From: a virus
Reading direction: 5' to 3' (one strand)
IMG/VR virus record: IMGVR_UViG_3300045120_000303
Location: 2,416-66,415 of that record
DNA: 64,000 bases
Part shown: piece by piece, positions 16,885 through 25,565 of the stretch
Position numbering within the stretch: the stretch's first letter is position 1
Layout: each line of letters starts with the position of its first letter
Notes under the pieces: generated by a model
Told to the model about the DNA's origin: nothing
The model's database searches: none
The model's input: the letters and a program-made list of their open reading frames with translations, nothing else
Position numbers and translations under genes: made by a program

Positions 16885-18108
16885 ATGCCTGACGGCTCAA
16901 TCCAGACTGACTTCACGTACCTCCGAGCGAAGCGCAGTAAATCTGCGCCGTTGATCATGATCGCCGGCCCGCCCGGTACCGGGAAAACATACTCGGCGCT
17001 GTTGCTCGCGAAAGGCCTGGCCGGCGGCGGCAAGATCTATCTGGCTGACACCGATAACAATCGCGCCGAGTTCTACGCCGAGGACTTCGACTTCCAACAT
17101 TTGAATCTGCACGAGCCGTTCCGACCATCGATCTTCAAAGCAGCGGCGGAGAGGGCACAGCGCGAAGGTGCGGCTGTCCTAATTATTGATAATTTCATGC
17201 ACGAGCATGCCGGTCCCGGCGGTCTGTTGGAGTGGCACACCGAAGAGCAGATCCGCATGGCAAGGGGCGACGCGAGCAAGATGGAAGCCGTCAACGTGTT
17301 GGCGTGGGCGAAGGTGAAGCCGGCGCACAAACAGATGAGAGAGCGGCTCTATCAGCTCAACATGCCAGTCATCCTGTGCTGCGGCGCCGAGAAGAAAATT
17401 GCGATGGTGAAGCAAACCGAGGGCAAGGATCGAGGCAAGACGATCCCCGTCGATCAAGGCCTCGTGCCGATCTGTGGCTCCGATATTCCATGGGCAATGA
17501 CGATCTCGCTGATGCTCGATGACGTGGCCCGACCTGGCGTGCCGCGGCCCATCAAAGCACTGCTGCCGGCGTTGAAGTCGATCATCAGCCTCGATCGCCC
17601 GCTGGATGAAAAGACCGGACAGCTCCTCGGCGCATGGTCGCGCGGAGAAAGGGAGCCCGCCGCCGTGCCAACGCCAGCGGGCTCCAAGTCTAGGGAGGAT
17701 ACGGTAATGGCAGACCCGGTGACTGAGACACCTGATGAGCCGTCACCAGCTTTGCCTCCACCAGACGATTCTGACCAGAGACAAGTTGGTGACCCGCGGG
17801 ATGAACCGCCGCCGTCCGACGAGGAACCCCCGCCACCGCCCGAGGATGAGGCTGCACCGCCTTCCAAGACGCGGAAGGAAGTGACGGAGGCGGACATCGA
17901 GGAGGGCGCCAGGAAGCTCGCCGCGCTGTTCCTGGCCGCACCAGATCGCAAAGCCTACTTCGCCGTCGTCGACAACGAAGACAACCGAAAGCAGATGGCG
18001 TGGCTGAAGCGGAACCGCCGGGAGTTGCATGACCGCGAGGTCGAAAGTGCGCGCAAGGCGTCGTGGACCCGAACGAATACACAGAACAAGCAGGGAGGCT
18101 TGGTGTGA
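16885..18108 (+). CDS. Sak4-like AAA recombinase
   Basis: IAGPPGTGKTYSAL (Walker A), DTDN, VLIIDN..HE..G.GG.L. Confidence 0.85.
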   Translation: MPDGSIQTDFTYLRAKRSKSAPLIMIAGPPGTGKTYSALLLAKGLAGGGKIYLADTDNNRAEFYAEDFDFQHLNLHEPFRPSIFKAAAERAQREGAAVLIIDNFMHEHAGPGGLLEWHTEEQIRMARGDASKMEAVNVLAWAKVKPAHKQMRERLYQLNMPVILCCGAEKKIAMVKQTEGKDRGKTIPVDQGLVPICGSDIPWAMTISLMLDDVARPGVPRPIKALLPALKSIISLDRPLDEKTGQLLGAWSRGEREPAAVPTPAGSKSREDTVMADPVTETPDEPSPALPPPDDSDQRQVGDPRDEPPPSDEEPPPPPEDEAAPPSKTRKEVTEADIEEGARKLAALFLAAPDRKAYFAVVDNEDNRKQMAWLKRNRRELHDREVESARKASWTRTNTQNKQGGLV

Positions 18109-18488
18109 GCGATCGTCCCATCAACCCGGAGGACTTGTTCCATATGGGCGTTGGGGAATTCCTCAATACTTGGGGCCTCACACGCGAGGAGCTTCGCCGC
18201 GAGGGCATGTCCGGTCGGCTTGTGGCTCACAGGAAGGACACGGAGCTGCCTCTCATAGAGCATGCCCGCTTTTCCCTTCCGGCGATGCGCGACTGGATCG
18301 CACGCAAACGCAAGATGCCGCCAGCAGTGCGTGCCAAGGTGGAGGCGGCAGGCGGTCTGGATCGCCTTGAACAATTTCGCATGGACCAGATCCGACGCTG
18401 CCAGTTCGATATCTTGGCAAACACTATGACCCTGCCTGATGGCGAGGTTCTGCATGACGTGCGGATAGGGCACGCGACACGGCAGTAG
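18105..18488 (+). CDS. Hypothetical protein
   Basis: GTGA overlap, GGAGG RBS. Confidence 0.65.
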   Translation: MSDRPINPEDLFHMGVGEFLNTWGLTREELRREGMSGRLVAHRKDTELPLIEHARFSLPAMRDWIARKRKMPPAVRAKVEAAGGLDRLEQFRMDQIRRCQFDILANTMTLPDGEVLHDVRIGHATRQ

Positions 18489-18505
18489 TAGGGGGGAGGT
18501 CTCAT

Positions 18506-18607
18506 ATGACCAACAGGCAGCGAAGAATGCGACGGGCACTGCGGGACTGGCGGATCGATCTTCTGTTCGCCGCGCTGATCATTGTTGTTTTGTGGGGAGT
18601 ACTCTGA
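18506..18607 (+). CDS. 33-aa membrane peptide
   Basis: GGAGG RBS; basic N-terminus then LLFAALIIVVLWGVL; TGATG overlap. Confidence 0.55.
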   Translation: MTNRQRRMRRALRDWRIDLLFAALIIVVLWGVL

Positions 18608-18792
18608 TGGCCATCCGCGATACTGAGCTGCACGACATCCAGCGCGTCATGGCCATCTTGGCGGCGATGCCACCGACACAGCGAAAGCGCGTGCTGCAAT
18701 ACATCAACGACCGCGTCGAGCTGTTGCCTTCGTTCCCCGCGATCAAGCGGGCCGAGGCTGCAGCGGAGGCCGATCTGCTGGAGACGACCTAA
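18607..18792 (+). CDS. Hypothetical protein
   Basis: Coupled ORF. Confidence 0.6.
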   Translation: MAIRDTELHDIQRVMAILAAMPPTQRKRVLQYINDRVELLPSFPAIKRAEAAAEADLLETT

Positions 18793-19022
18793 TGGAGCGC
18801 GAAGACATCGCCAGCGAGGCCGCGAGGATCATGGTCCGCGCGAACGAAACCAACGCATCGCCCGACGAGGTTCTGTCGATCCTGGCAGTCGTGATGGGGC
18901 AACTGCTCCACGAGCATGCAGCGGACGCTTTCGCCGCCGGCCAGGTGTTGGTCGCACATAACTCCCGCGCCATCGAGTACTACGCCAATGCCAAGCGGCA
19001 CGAGGAGCGCGTGGTGCATTGA
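18792..19022 (+). CDS. Hypothetical protein
   Basis: TAATG overlap. Confidence 0.6.
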   Translation: MEREDIASEAARIMVRANETNASPDEVLSILAVVMGQLLHEHAADAFAAGQVLVAHNSRAIEYYANAKRHEERVVH

Positions 19023-19252
19023 TGGTGACCGACGAGGAGAGCTTCGCCGCGGGCGCCGCGCTGACCAACGAGATCCTGCAAGCGATCTTGCCGGTCGTGG
19101 ACGGCAAGCCGACCGAGCAGGCGATCGATGCTATCGCGGCGGCGCTGATGGCGGCGCTGTCGGCTGGTTGCAAGGATCCAAGGATGGCCCGACTGGTCCT
19201 GCATCGCTACGCGGATCGCATCTTGGATTTTGCGGACGCGATCGACGGATGA
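19022..19252 (+). CDS. Hypothetical protein
   Basis: TGATG overlap. Confidence 0.6.
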   Translation: MVTDEESFAAGAALTNEILQAILPVVDGKPTEQAIDAIAAALMAALSAGCKDPRMARLVLHRYADRILDFADAIDG

Positions 19253-19260
19253 CGACGTCT

Positions 19261-19376
19261 GCGTCCTGAGAGATGGGCATAGTGCCTGTCGGGACGCGGT
19301 CGGCCCAGGTGGGATACCCGGCACCTGGGGGAAGGTCGGCAGGTTCTCTTCGTGGTTTCCAGGGAGCCTGCCGACC
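19261..19376 (+). other. Three tandem stem-loops (possible structured RNA)
   Basis: Stems 19261-19269/19289-19297, 19304-19311/19322-19329, 19334-19349/19361-19376. Confidence 0.65.
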
Positions 19377-19398
19377 CCAAGGGGAGGAGCTTAAACGA

Positions 19399-19788
19399 AT
19401 GGCGCGATGGACACATGCCATGTGCGATGAGTGCTGGGAGGCGGCTCGGCCGGGTGAGGGCGCGGTGCGGATGGCGAGGCCGCGGATCGAATTCTGCGGA
19501 TGGTGTGCCCAGAGGACCGAGAGCGGCATCTACACCCGCGTCGACCCGGCCGAGGTGCCGTTCCCCGACAGGCCAGCGGACGCGCGCTGCTACGTTGCCC
19601 AGTTCAGGCGGTTCACCTTGCCCGGGACGGACTACGTCGATACCGGGCGCCGCCGGATCTGGCTCGACCGCATGTCGGACAGCGACGCAATTTTCGTGGC
19701 CGGCGAGTTCCGCCGCATGGAAACCGAGGCAGCGATGCGAGCGATGAAAGCGCGCGGTACCCCAGCCCGCCGCCTCAGGCTGTCGTGA
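19399..19788 (+). CDS. Hypothetical protein with CxxC pairs
   Basis: GGAGG RBS; CDEC...CGWC. Confidence 0.6.
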   Translation: MARWTHAMCDECWEAARPGEGAVRMARPRIEFCGWCAQRTESGIYTRVDPAEVPFPDRPADARCYVAQFRRFTLPGTDYVDTGRRRIWLDRMSDSDAIFVAGEFRRMETEAAMRAMKARGTPARRLRLS

Positions 19789-19958
19789 GGAGATGCCGGT
19801 TCGGGCACCTCCTGCGGATCTGCCACGCAGAACGGCAGCGGGAATTCCGGCAGACTGTTGCGCCGCCGCCACAGTCTCGGGCTGATGTCGTTACGCCCCG
19901 TTGCGAATAGTCGATGTCATCCATCAGGATGCCGGTGAGGCACACCGGAGTAAACTGG

Positions 19959-20483
19959 ATGACCGAGAGTATGACCGAAACAACAAACGGCGCCGAGGAT
20001 GCCGAGGCGTTGAGCGGCACCGTCATGGCAGAGGATGACGACCCGCTACACTTCAGACCATGGACCATCAAGAGCGTGCCCGTCTGGCTGATAGACCTGG
20101 CACGGGAAGCCGCGAGCAAGGAGCGCCTGCCGATGGGAAGGTGGCTGGCCAGAGTACTCCCGCTTGTGGTGGGGCCGAATGGCGAAGGTCATCCCGGTAA
20201 TCCCAAAGTTTCCCAGCTTCCTGCGGTAATTCAGCCCCCGGCAGACCCAGGTCAGCCCAAGGTCAGCCAGATCGCGGAGATCGCCGCCGTAGCCAAGCAG
20301 CTATCCGAGATCGAAGGTCTGCCCGAGTCAGTCCTCAAGGAAGCCCATGGGTTGCTGCGGGACAAACTGAGGGCAGCGAGGAGGGGAGGAGAACCCCCAA
20401 AGAAGCGAACCGAAAACGCCAAACTGGCTGCGCCTCGACCAGTCGAGCCCAGCGAGATCAAAGAGATGGATACGGCAGCATGA
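19959..20483 (+). CDS. RHH-like protein resembling the PodJ N-terminus
   Basis: PWTIKSV....DLAREAA.KERL.MG.WL. Confidence 0.6.
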   Translation: MTESMTETTNGAEDAEALSGTVMAEDDDPLHFRPWTIKSVPVWLIDLAREAASKERLPMGRWLARVLPLVVGPNGEGHPGNPKVSQLPAVIQPPADPGQPKVSQIAEIAAVAKQLSEIEGLPESVLKEAHGLLRDKLRAARRGGEPPKKRTENAKLAAPRPVEPSEIKEMDTAA

Positions 20484-20743
20484 GCATCGTCTGGCAGCAG
20501 GAATTCACCGTGCCCCCGGATGACAGCGAGGGCGTCTGCGGCGTCAAGTTTGAGGACGGCGGGCACGCCGCGATCATGAACCACCCCCTGGAAGATCTAC
20601 GGGACAAGGCTCAACCGACGCCCTATGACCCGGCCTTCTTCGTCCGGTTGCACAGTTGGGAGGAAGAGGAGCCGCTCAACCACACGCTGTTCCGCTCGCT
20701 GATGGGCCGGCGGGTGCGCGTGACGATTGAGACGCTGGAGTAG
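20480..20743 (+). CDS. Hypothetical protein
   Basis: ATGA overlap. Confidence 0.65.
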   Translation: MSIVWQQEFTVPPDDSEGVCGVKFEDGGHAAIMNHPLEDLRDKAQPTPYDPAFFVRLHSWEEEEPLNHTLFRSLMGRRVRVTIETLE

Positions 20744-20747
20744 CGGC

Positions 20748-21212
20748 ATGAAACGCCGGAAACAGGCTCAGAGCATCAGCGAGCTACAGGCGGGGATGGA
20801 GCGCATCCAGGCCGAGGGGCAGGGCGTCTGGCAACTCAGCATCTACGGTCCCGAGGCGGTTCTCGCTCTGCTGCACAACAGTTTCGTTGGCGATGCCGAT
20901 GCCACCCGAACCATGACGGCGATTGCCCGCCTGATCGCGGGGATCCACGAGGTCGCGTCAACCCCGAAGCCGATGCTGTGCCTGCTCTGCGACACCAAGT
21001 TCGGGCGCCGATCGATGCCGCTCGCCTGGGTGCTGCTCCACGCCCGCCGGGACGATCCGTCGCAGGCGGTGGGCAACGGCATCTGTGCCGCTTGCTACAA
21101 GAAGTATCCCAGCGCCGAGGCGCTCTCGCCGCCGGTCATCGCCCTCTACAAAGCGAAGATGATCACCGATTTGCGGCTGTTGCCGCCGATCGGCCCGCCA
21201 GGTCACGCCTGA
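20748..21212 (+). CDS. Hypothetical Zn-binding protein
   Basis: CLLC...CAAC. Confidence 0.65.
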   Translation: MKRRKQAQSISELQAGMERIQAEGQGVWQLSIYGPEAVLALLHNSFVGDADATRTMTAIARLIAGIHEVASTPKPMLCLLCDTKFGRRSMPLAWVLLHARRDDPSQAVGNGICAACYKKYPSAEALSPPVIALYKAKMITDLRLLPPIGPPGHA

Positions 21213-21217
21213 ATCGG

Positions 21218-21626
21218 TTGCACGACCTCGATGTATGGTAGCAGAATTGAGGCGGGACGCAGCCGGTGGTCTAGACCGGCTACGTCCCTAACCATAGGAC
21301 GCTACCGGTGATAGGCCCCATGGCTGCATGCAGCATGCATGATTCCGATCGAAACCGCGACGGCCGTGGGGCCAAGCTCGCTGCTATCTGTGGATTGTGG
21401 CAGGCTGATCCGCCGCGAATCGCGCGCGGCTGGAGTGACTGAATGACCTAGAAACAGCAGAGGCGGTCACAAGGACCGCCCCCAACCGATGTTCAGGTTT
21501 GCCGTTGACAGCGGCAAGAAATCCCTAGCCGGTCCCCGACCATCGGACATGCAGCGTCTAAAATCAAGCCCGCTTTGGCTGCGAGGGTGCGCGTCCTGAC
21601 GGCTGGCCTCGGCATCGGAGGAACCG
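21218..21626 (+). ncRNA. Candidate structured leader / ncRNA upstream of HTH gene
   Basis: TTGCAC-18-CAGAAT then several hairpins in a ~410-nt region without a convincing ORF. Confidence 0.4.
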
Positions 21627-22181
21627 ATGACGAAGCGCCGCTTTCACCACGAGTCTGAACATGGGCCGGGACCGCGCCGGCCGCTCGCGCCCAGCCAACG
21701 CCTGGACTGGCGCCTGCGAGTCGAGAAGAGCTACCTCGCCCGCCAAATGACCGAGAGCGCCTGGAGGCTCGCGCGAGCCCTGGAGCGGCTCCTGGGGGCC
21801 GATGGGGAGCTTACCCCATCATACGACACGCTGGCGGCTGTGGCCGGCGTAGGGCGCAGGAGCGTCCCGCGCGCCCTGGTCCAGCTCTCCTCGCTCGGGT
21901 TCGTCCGCAAGACGCGGCGGCTGATCACCGAGGACGGCGAAACCCGGCAGACCTCCAACGCCTACGAACTGCTGGTCCCCGGTAGCCCGCCGCCACCCGT
22001 TCTGTCGCTGCCGGCGCCGCGCACCTCAAGAGCAATATCTTACTTAGACTCTTCCAGTGCCATCGTGGCACCGCGGCACCTGCCGGTGATGGATCCCGCC
22101 GCCCGGGCGGCTCGATTCGCGGCCAAGATCGCGGAGGAGAAGGTGCTGCGGCGGGCGCGAATCGGGGCGACTCGAGTCTGA
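21627..22181 (+). CDS. Winged-HTH (HTH_36-like) replication-initiator-type protein
   Basis: PSYDTLA..AGV.RRSV.RAL..L...GFV...RR.......SNAYEL; GGAGG RBS. Confidence 0.8.
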   Translation: MTKRRFHHESEHGPGPRRPLAPSQRLDWRLRVEKSYLARQMTESAWRLARALERLLGADGELTPSYDTLAAVAGVGRRSVPRALVQLSSLGFVRKTRRLITEDGETRQTSNAYELLVPGSPPPPVLSLPAPRTSRAISYLDSSSAIVAPRHLPVMDPAARAARFAAKIAEEKVLRRARIGATRV

Positions 22182-22253
22182 GTCTTCGTTCGCGTTCTGA
22201 TCTATGGAAGGGAATTAGCGAGCGCCTATAATTCCACAAATGGGGAGGGACTG

Positions 22254-22346
22254 ATGAGCGTCTGGTATTGCACGCACTGCCGAATCGCCTTCGCGTCGGT
22301 GCCCTACTGCCCGCGGTGCGGCCAAGTCGGGGTGCGCCAGCCGTGA
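22254..22346 (+). CDS. 30-aa Zn-ribbon peptide
   Basis: CTHC...CPRCG; GGAGG RBS. Confidence 0.5.
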   Translation: MSVWYCTHCRIAFASVPYCPRCGQVGVRQP

Positions 22347-22567
22347 ACGACCGCGAGATGGCACTGCAGGAGGCTGGCGACGCCGCTGCCGACTGCGTAC
22401 AGCGGCTGGATCGGATGAAGGGGTGGTTGGGCGACCTGACGCCCGAGGAGGCCAGGGCGTGGTCCAGGGCGCGGCTGGCGTGCGACTTCCTCTATAGGGC
22501 GGTCAACCAAGGCGAGCGTTTTCGTGACGTGATCCACGGCTTCGACCCTGACGACGACCGGCCATGA
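22343..22567 (+). CDS. Hypothetical protein
   Basis: GTGA overlap. Confidence 0.55.
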   Translation: MNDREMALQEAGDAAADCVQRLDRMKGWLGDLTPEEARAWSRARLACDFLYRAVNQGERFRDVIHGFDPDDDRP

Positions 22568-22737
22568 AGGTTCGCATCATCGGTGAAGCCGACAGAGACG
22601 CCTTCATGCACAATCGTTTGGGGCCGTTCGACCTGACCCGCCGCTGGGTGCGGCTGTGCATCCTCTGGTATGTGTGCGGCCTCGCGACCGGGCTCGTTGT
22701 CGCGGCTTGGTTCGCCAAAGCCAGGGGCATCTGGTGA
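22564..22737 (+). CDS. Small membrane protein
   Basis: C-terminal hydrophobic helix; ATGA overlap. Confidence 0.5.
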   Translation: MKVRIIGEADRDAFMHNRLGPFDLTRRWVRLCILWYVCGLATGLVVAAWFAKARGIW

Positions 22738-22738
22738 C

Positions 22739-22939
22739 ATGACCCTCTTCCCCAAAATCTCCCAGATCATCCCAGGCGGTATTCTGCCCAGCGACCGCTG
22801 GCATCGAGGCACCAATGACGGAACCTGTTCGCGGTGCCGTTCGCTCGTGCCAGACGGTGAGGTGCCGTTAATGCTGTGGAGCAAGGACGGCAACGACATG
22901 CTGCTCTACTGCGAGGAGTGCCTGGGGGTAGATCGATGA
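22739..22939 (+). CDS. Small Zn-ribbon protein
   Basis: CSRC...VPLMLW...YCEEC. Confidence 0.6.
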   Translation: MTLFPKISQIIPGGILPSDRWHRGTNDGTCSRCRSLVPDGEVPLMLWSKDGNDMLLYCEECLGVDR

Positions 22940-23169
22940 GTGACGGTCATCAGTGGCGCCAGGGTGACCGCGTGCTGATTGCTGTCGGATCGGATCGCAT
23001 GCCTGCGGTGGTGATCCTGGCATCGCGCAACGGCAAGTCGCTCATGCTGGAATTCGAAGCGGTCCTGCACGGCCATGTCGGGACAATGCCGGTGCTGCAG
23101 GAAGAGGACGGCAGCTTTCGCTCCGTCGTCACCGGAGAGGTCGTGGAGCTGACGGCCGATGATCGATGA
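22936..23169 (+). CDS. Hypothetical protein (SH3-like)
   Basis: W..GD.V.I.......A.V.LAS.NG.SL. Confidence 0.6.
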   Translation: MSDGHQWRQGDRVLIAVGSDRMPAVVILASRNGKSLMLEFEAVLHGHVGTMPVLQEEDGSFRSVVTGEVVELTADDR

Positions 23170-23329
23170 GGCCAAGCTCGCGGCGATCGTCGCGGAACTG
23201 GAGGACGCGGTCGCTGCGCTGCACCCGGTGCCAGCGTTCCTAGCGCTCCCCGAGGACGCGGTGGAGCAGGCCTACCGGCGCGGCGCGCGGGATGCTTACG
23301 AAATCGTCCTGCGGGCTCTCAAAGGATAG
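23159..23329 (+). CDS. Hypothetical protein
   Basis: 56 aa; last + arm gene, overlaps convergent gene. Confidence 0.5.
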   Translation: MIDEAKLAAIVAELEDAVAALHPVPAFLALPEDAVEQAYRRGARDAYEIVLRALKG

Positions 23330-23540
23330 GCCGCCTCGGCTCCTTGAGATTGCCATATTCATCTACGGAACACCCGCTGGCGACGTCGAACATAGCCCGC
23401 CAACATTCTCTCGCCGCCGCGTCGCTGCGCGACCAATCGCGGGCCGCAATCAGCATCGCCTCGGTTGGCTCTCGTGGCACCTCAGCCACCAGAAGCGGGC
23501 CGTGTTGCGCAATCCGTTCTGCCGTTTCGTCCTGGCTCAT
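23319..23540 (-). CDS. Phage protein with REPTEAM motif
   Basis: VPREPTEAML.AA...W.AM. Confidence 0.7.
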   Translation of the reverse strand: MSQDETAERIAQHGPLLVAEVPREPTEAMLIAARDWSRSDAAARECWRAMFDVASGCSVDEYGNLKEPRRPIL

Positions 23541-23549
23541 GAGCGCCTC

Positions 23550-23750
23550 CTACTGCGATGTCTCGGGTTGGTCGTTCGATAGCCGCATCACAGACGAGCA
23601 GAAGTCGCCTCTGAGGTTCCACTTCTCCATGAGGCATCGGTACATCGGGACACCGCACTCATCGCATGTGCCTTGCTCCCACAGCACAATGCAGGAAAAC
23701 GAGGGCATCTCTCCGACCACGTTCACCCGCTGTCCATAACGGAAAGTCAT
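23550..23750 (-). CDS. Hypothetical protein
   Basis: In-operon small ORF. Confidence 0.55.
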   Translation of the reverse strand: MTFRYGQRVNVVGEMPSFSCIVLWEQGTCDECGVPMYRCLMEKWNLRGDFCSSVMRLSNDQPETSQ

Positions 23751-23917
23751 GCCTCTCGCGCCAACGGAACGCCCAGCCGCTCACGGGCATCGGCCTGATG
23801 CTCGGGTGGCACGTTCTCAGTGATCCACGCACAAGATGAGCAGTGGGCTATCCCGACCTCGCCGTGATAGCTGACGACGTGGCGACCGCAGTCAAGGCAG
23901 CGGAACTCGATGACCAT
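23747..23917 (-). CDS. Small Zn-ribbon protein
   Basis: FRCLDCG...CSSC; GGAGG RBS. Confidence 0.6.
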   Translation of the reverse strand: MVIEFRCLDCGRHVVSYHGEVGIAHCSSCAWITENVPPEHQADARERLGVPLAREA

Positions 23918-23925
23918 ACCGCCTC

Positions 23926-24099
23926 CTACTCTTCAACCTGCCCCACAGCCTTGGGTTCCGGGTAGGCGTAGCCGATGGCCACGGCCAGCGCGTGTGCCCG
24001 CGCATCCTCCCGCCGGCCGGGCGGCACATACGCCTCCATCGCATCGATCGCCGCGCGCACGGCCGCGAGGGGAACTGTCGCCGGTTTCGGGGTTATCAA
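23926..24099 (-). CDS. Hypothetical protein
   Basis: TTG start with GGAGG; fills operon gap. Confidence 0.45.
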   Translation of the reverse strand: MITPKPATVPLAAVRAAIDAMEAYVPPGRREDARAHALAVAIGYAYPEPKAVGQVEE

Positions 24100-24108
24100 T
24101 GCCGCCTC

Positions 24109-24318
24109 CTACTGCTGCCGAATAACCGAGGGCGCGCAGTCGACGCACACCTTCATTGGCCGCTTAGGCGCAGCCGGGCGATGCTGCACAATGTGGCCGC
24201 ACACGCCGCACTTGGCACGTATGTTGTCGGCTAGGATCGGCGGGTTCGTCCAGGGCATGCAGACCATCACGTCGGCCGTCTCGCCTTCCTCGGTCGATAC
24301 AAATTTGATCTCCACCAT
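24109..24318 (-). CDS. Small Zn-ribbon protein
   Basis: CGVCG...CVDC. Confidence 0.65.
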   Translation of the reverse strand: MVEIKFVSTEEGETADVMVCMPWTNPPILADNIRAKCGVCGHIVQHRPAAPKRPMKVCVDCAPSVIRQQ

Positions 24319-24325
24319 CGGTTCT

Positions 24326-24577
24326 CTACTGCCGGCGCAGCAGATGGGCCTCGTTCACCGGGATCAGCTTGCGGACCAGTTCGATATGCGCGTCCAGTAG
24401 CCGTTCACGCGCGCATGTCGTCGCAACGTCATCGCCAGGATAAACATGACTGGCGAGCCAGATGGCGAGCAGATCAGCCAGGGCAGCGCCTACGATCTGC
24501 GGCGGGTTCCCGGCCAGGATGGGCCTGATCGCCTGGACCAGCCATTCGATCTTGTCCGCGTCCGCGTCCGCGTCCAT
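24326..24577 (-). CDS. Hypothetical protein
   Basis: GGAGG RBS; I.PILAG.PP...GAALADL.A.WL. Confidence 0.65.
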   Translation of the reverse strand: MDADADADKIEWLVQAIRPILAGNPPQIVGAALADLLAIWLASHVYPGDDVATTCARERLLDAHIELVRKLIPVNEAHLLRRQ

Positions 24578-24612
24578 GTCTCGCCTCCTCCGGACACAAA
24601 AATGGCCCCGCC

Positions 24613-24819
24613 TCACGAGGAGGGCGGGGCGTGGTCGGTGCAGTAATCGCGCGTAACCGCTTTGGCCTTGCGTGATCCGGCTTCGTATACGCACCTGACG
24701 ACGAAGACATCCGCTGCCTCGCCGCACTCGCAGCATCGATGCACGCGGTGGAACTCCGCGAGCGCTGCAGCGTGCTTCGCCTCGGCCGCGGCTTTGCGCT
24801 CGGCGCGGGTCGTTCTCAC
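24613..24819 (-). CDS. Small Zn-binding protein
   Basis: CCECG...YC.DH. Confidence 0.55.
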   Translation of the reverse strand: MRTTRAERKAAAEAKHAAALAEFHRVHRCCECGEAADVFVVRCVYEAGSRKAKAVTRDYCTDHAPPSS

Positions 24820-25160
24820 CCGTCCGTTCGTTCGAATCGGGGTTTGCCGGTGACCGGATCCTTGCCGATCGGCCGCAGCATGCCGCGGCAGACCGAACCC
24901 AGGATCCGCGACAGGGGATCGAGGCGGGACATCACCTCAAGGTCCATGCCGAGGGTCAGGCGCCGGATGAAGTCCCGCGCCTCTGGGATCTCCCAAAGCT
25001 CTCTCGGATCGTCGTCGTAGCCGTCAATCGCGAGGTGAATATCCCCGGTCGTGCTGGTCCGCACCGTCCCGTTGAGGTGCTTGAGGACATTGGCCAGGGT
25101 GTCGTCGGACAGGTCACCCTTGCCGCCGACCACGCAGAACACTGCATCGAAGTCGCGCAT
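24816..25160 (-). CDS. Hypothetical protein (GYDDDPRELWEIPE motif)
   Basis: Recurrent phage motif. Confidence 0.7.
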   Translation of the reverse strand: MRDFDAVFCVVGGKGDLSDDTLANVLKHLNGTVRTSTTGDIHLAIDGYDDDPRELWEIPEARDFIRRLTLGMDLEVMSRLDPLSRILGSVCRGMLRPIGKDPVTGKPRFERTDG

Positions 25161-25459
25161 CAGGCTCGCCCGCCGCGCTTCGCCAGATCAGCGGGCAACT
25201 CTGGCCGCGCTCGCGACTGGGCGAGTTGGGCCATGGCGAGTTCGCGGCGTTCCTCCATCGAGAGGCATGAAAGCTCGGCGGCTGACATCGGGCGCCACGC
25301 GTCGCCCTTGAGGAAGTAGGGCATCCCGCAATTCATGCACACAGCGAAGTCCCCTTCGTTCGGGGGTCTTGGCGGTCCAACAGCCGCCGAGGTGCAGTCC
25401 ATCAGGTAACCGCAGCGAGCGCACATCCACGGCTTGAAGAACGTCACATCTTGTCGCAT
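25160..25459 (-). CDS. Zn-ribbon protein
   Basis: CARCGY.MD...P..GD..VCMNCG. Confidence 0.65.
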   Translation of the reverse strand: MRQDVTFFKPWMCARCGYLMDCTSAAVGPPRPPNEGDFAVCMNCGMPYFLKGDAWRPMSAAELSCLSMEERRELAMAQLAQSRARPELPADLAKRGGRA

Positions 25460-25565
25460 GGCGGCACAGTAAGACGAGGCAGTCGCCCGCGCTAGGCGTT
25501 CGTCGGGACCATGCGCGGGGCCGCCCTCCGACCTCACCCCCGGCGGGATCTTGGTCGTCAGCTCT

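Noticed and set aside
19261-19335. TPP riboswitch or hammerhead ribozyme (CTGAGA, ATACCCG..ACCTG)
   Set aside because: Downstream TPP P4/P5 consensus and hammerhead CUGAnGA/GAAA core are absent; segments pair in different local hairpins
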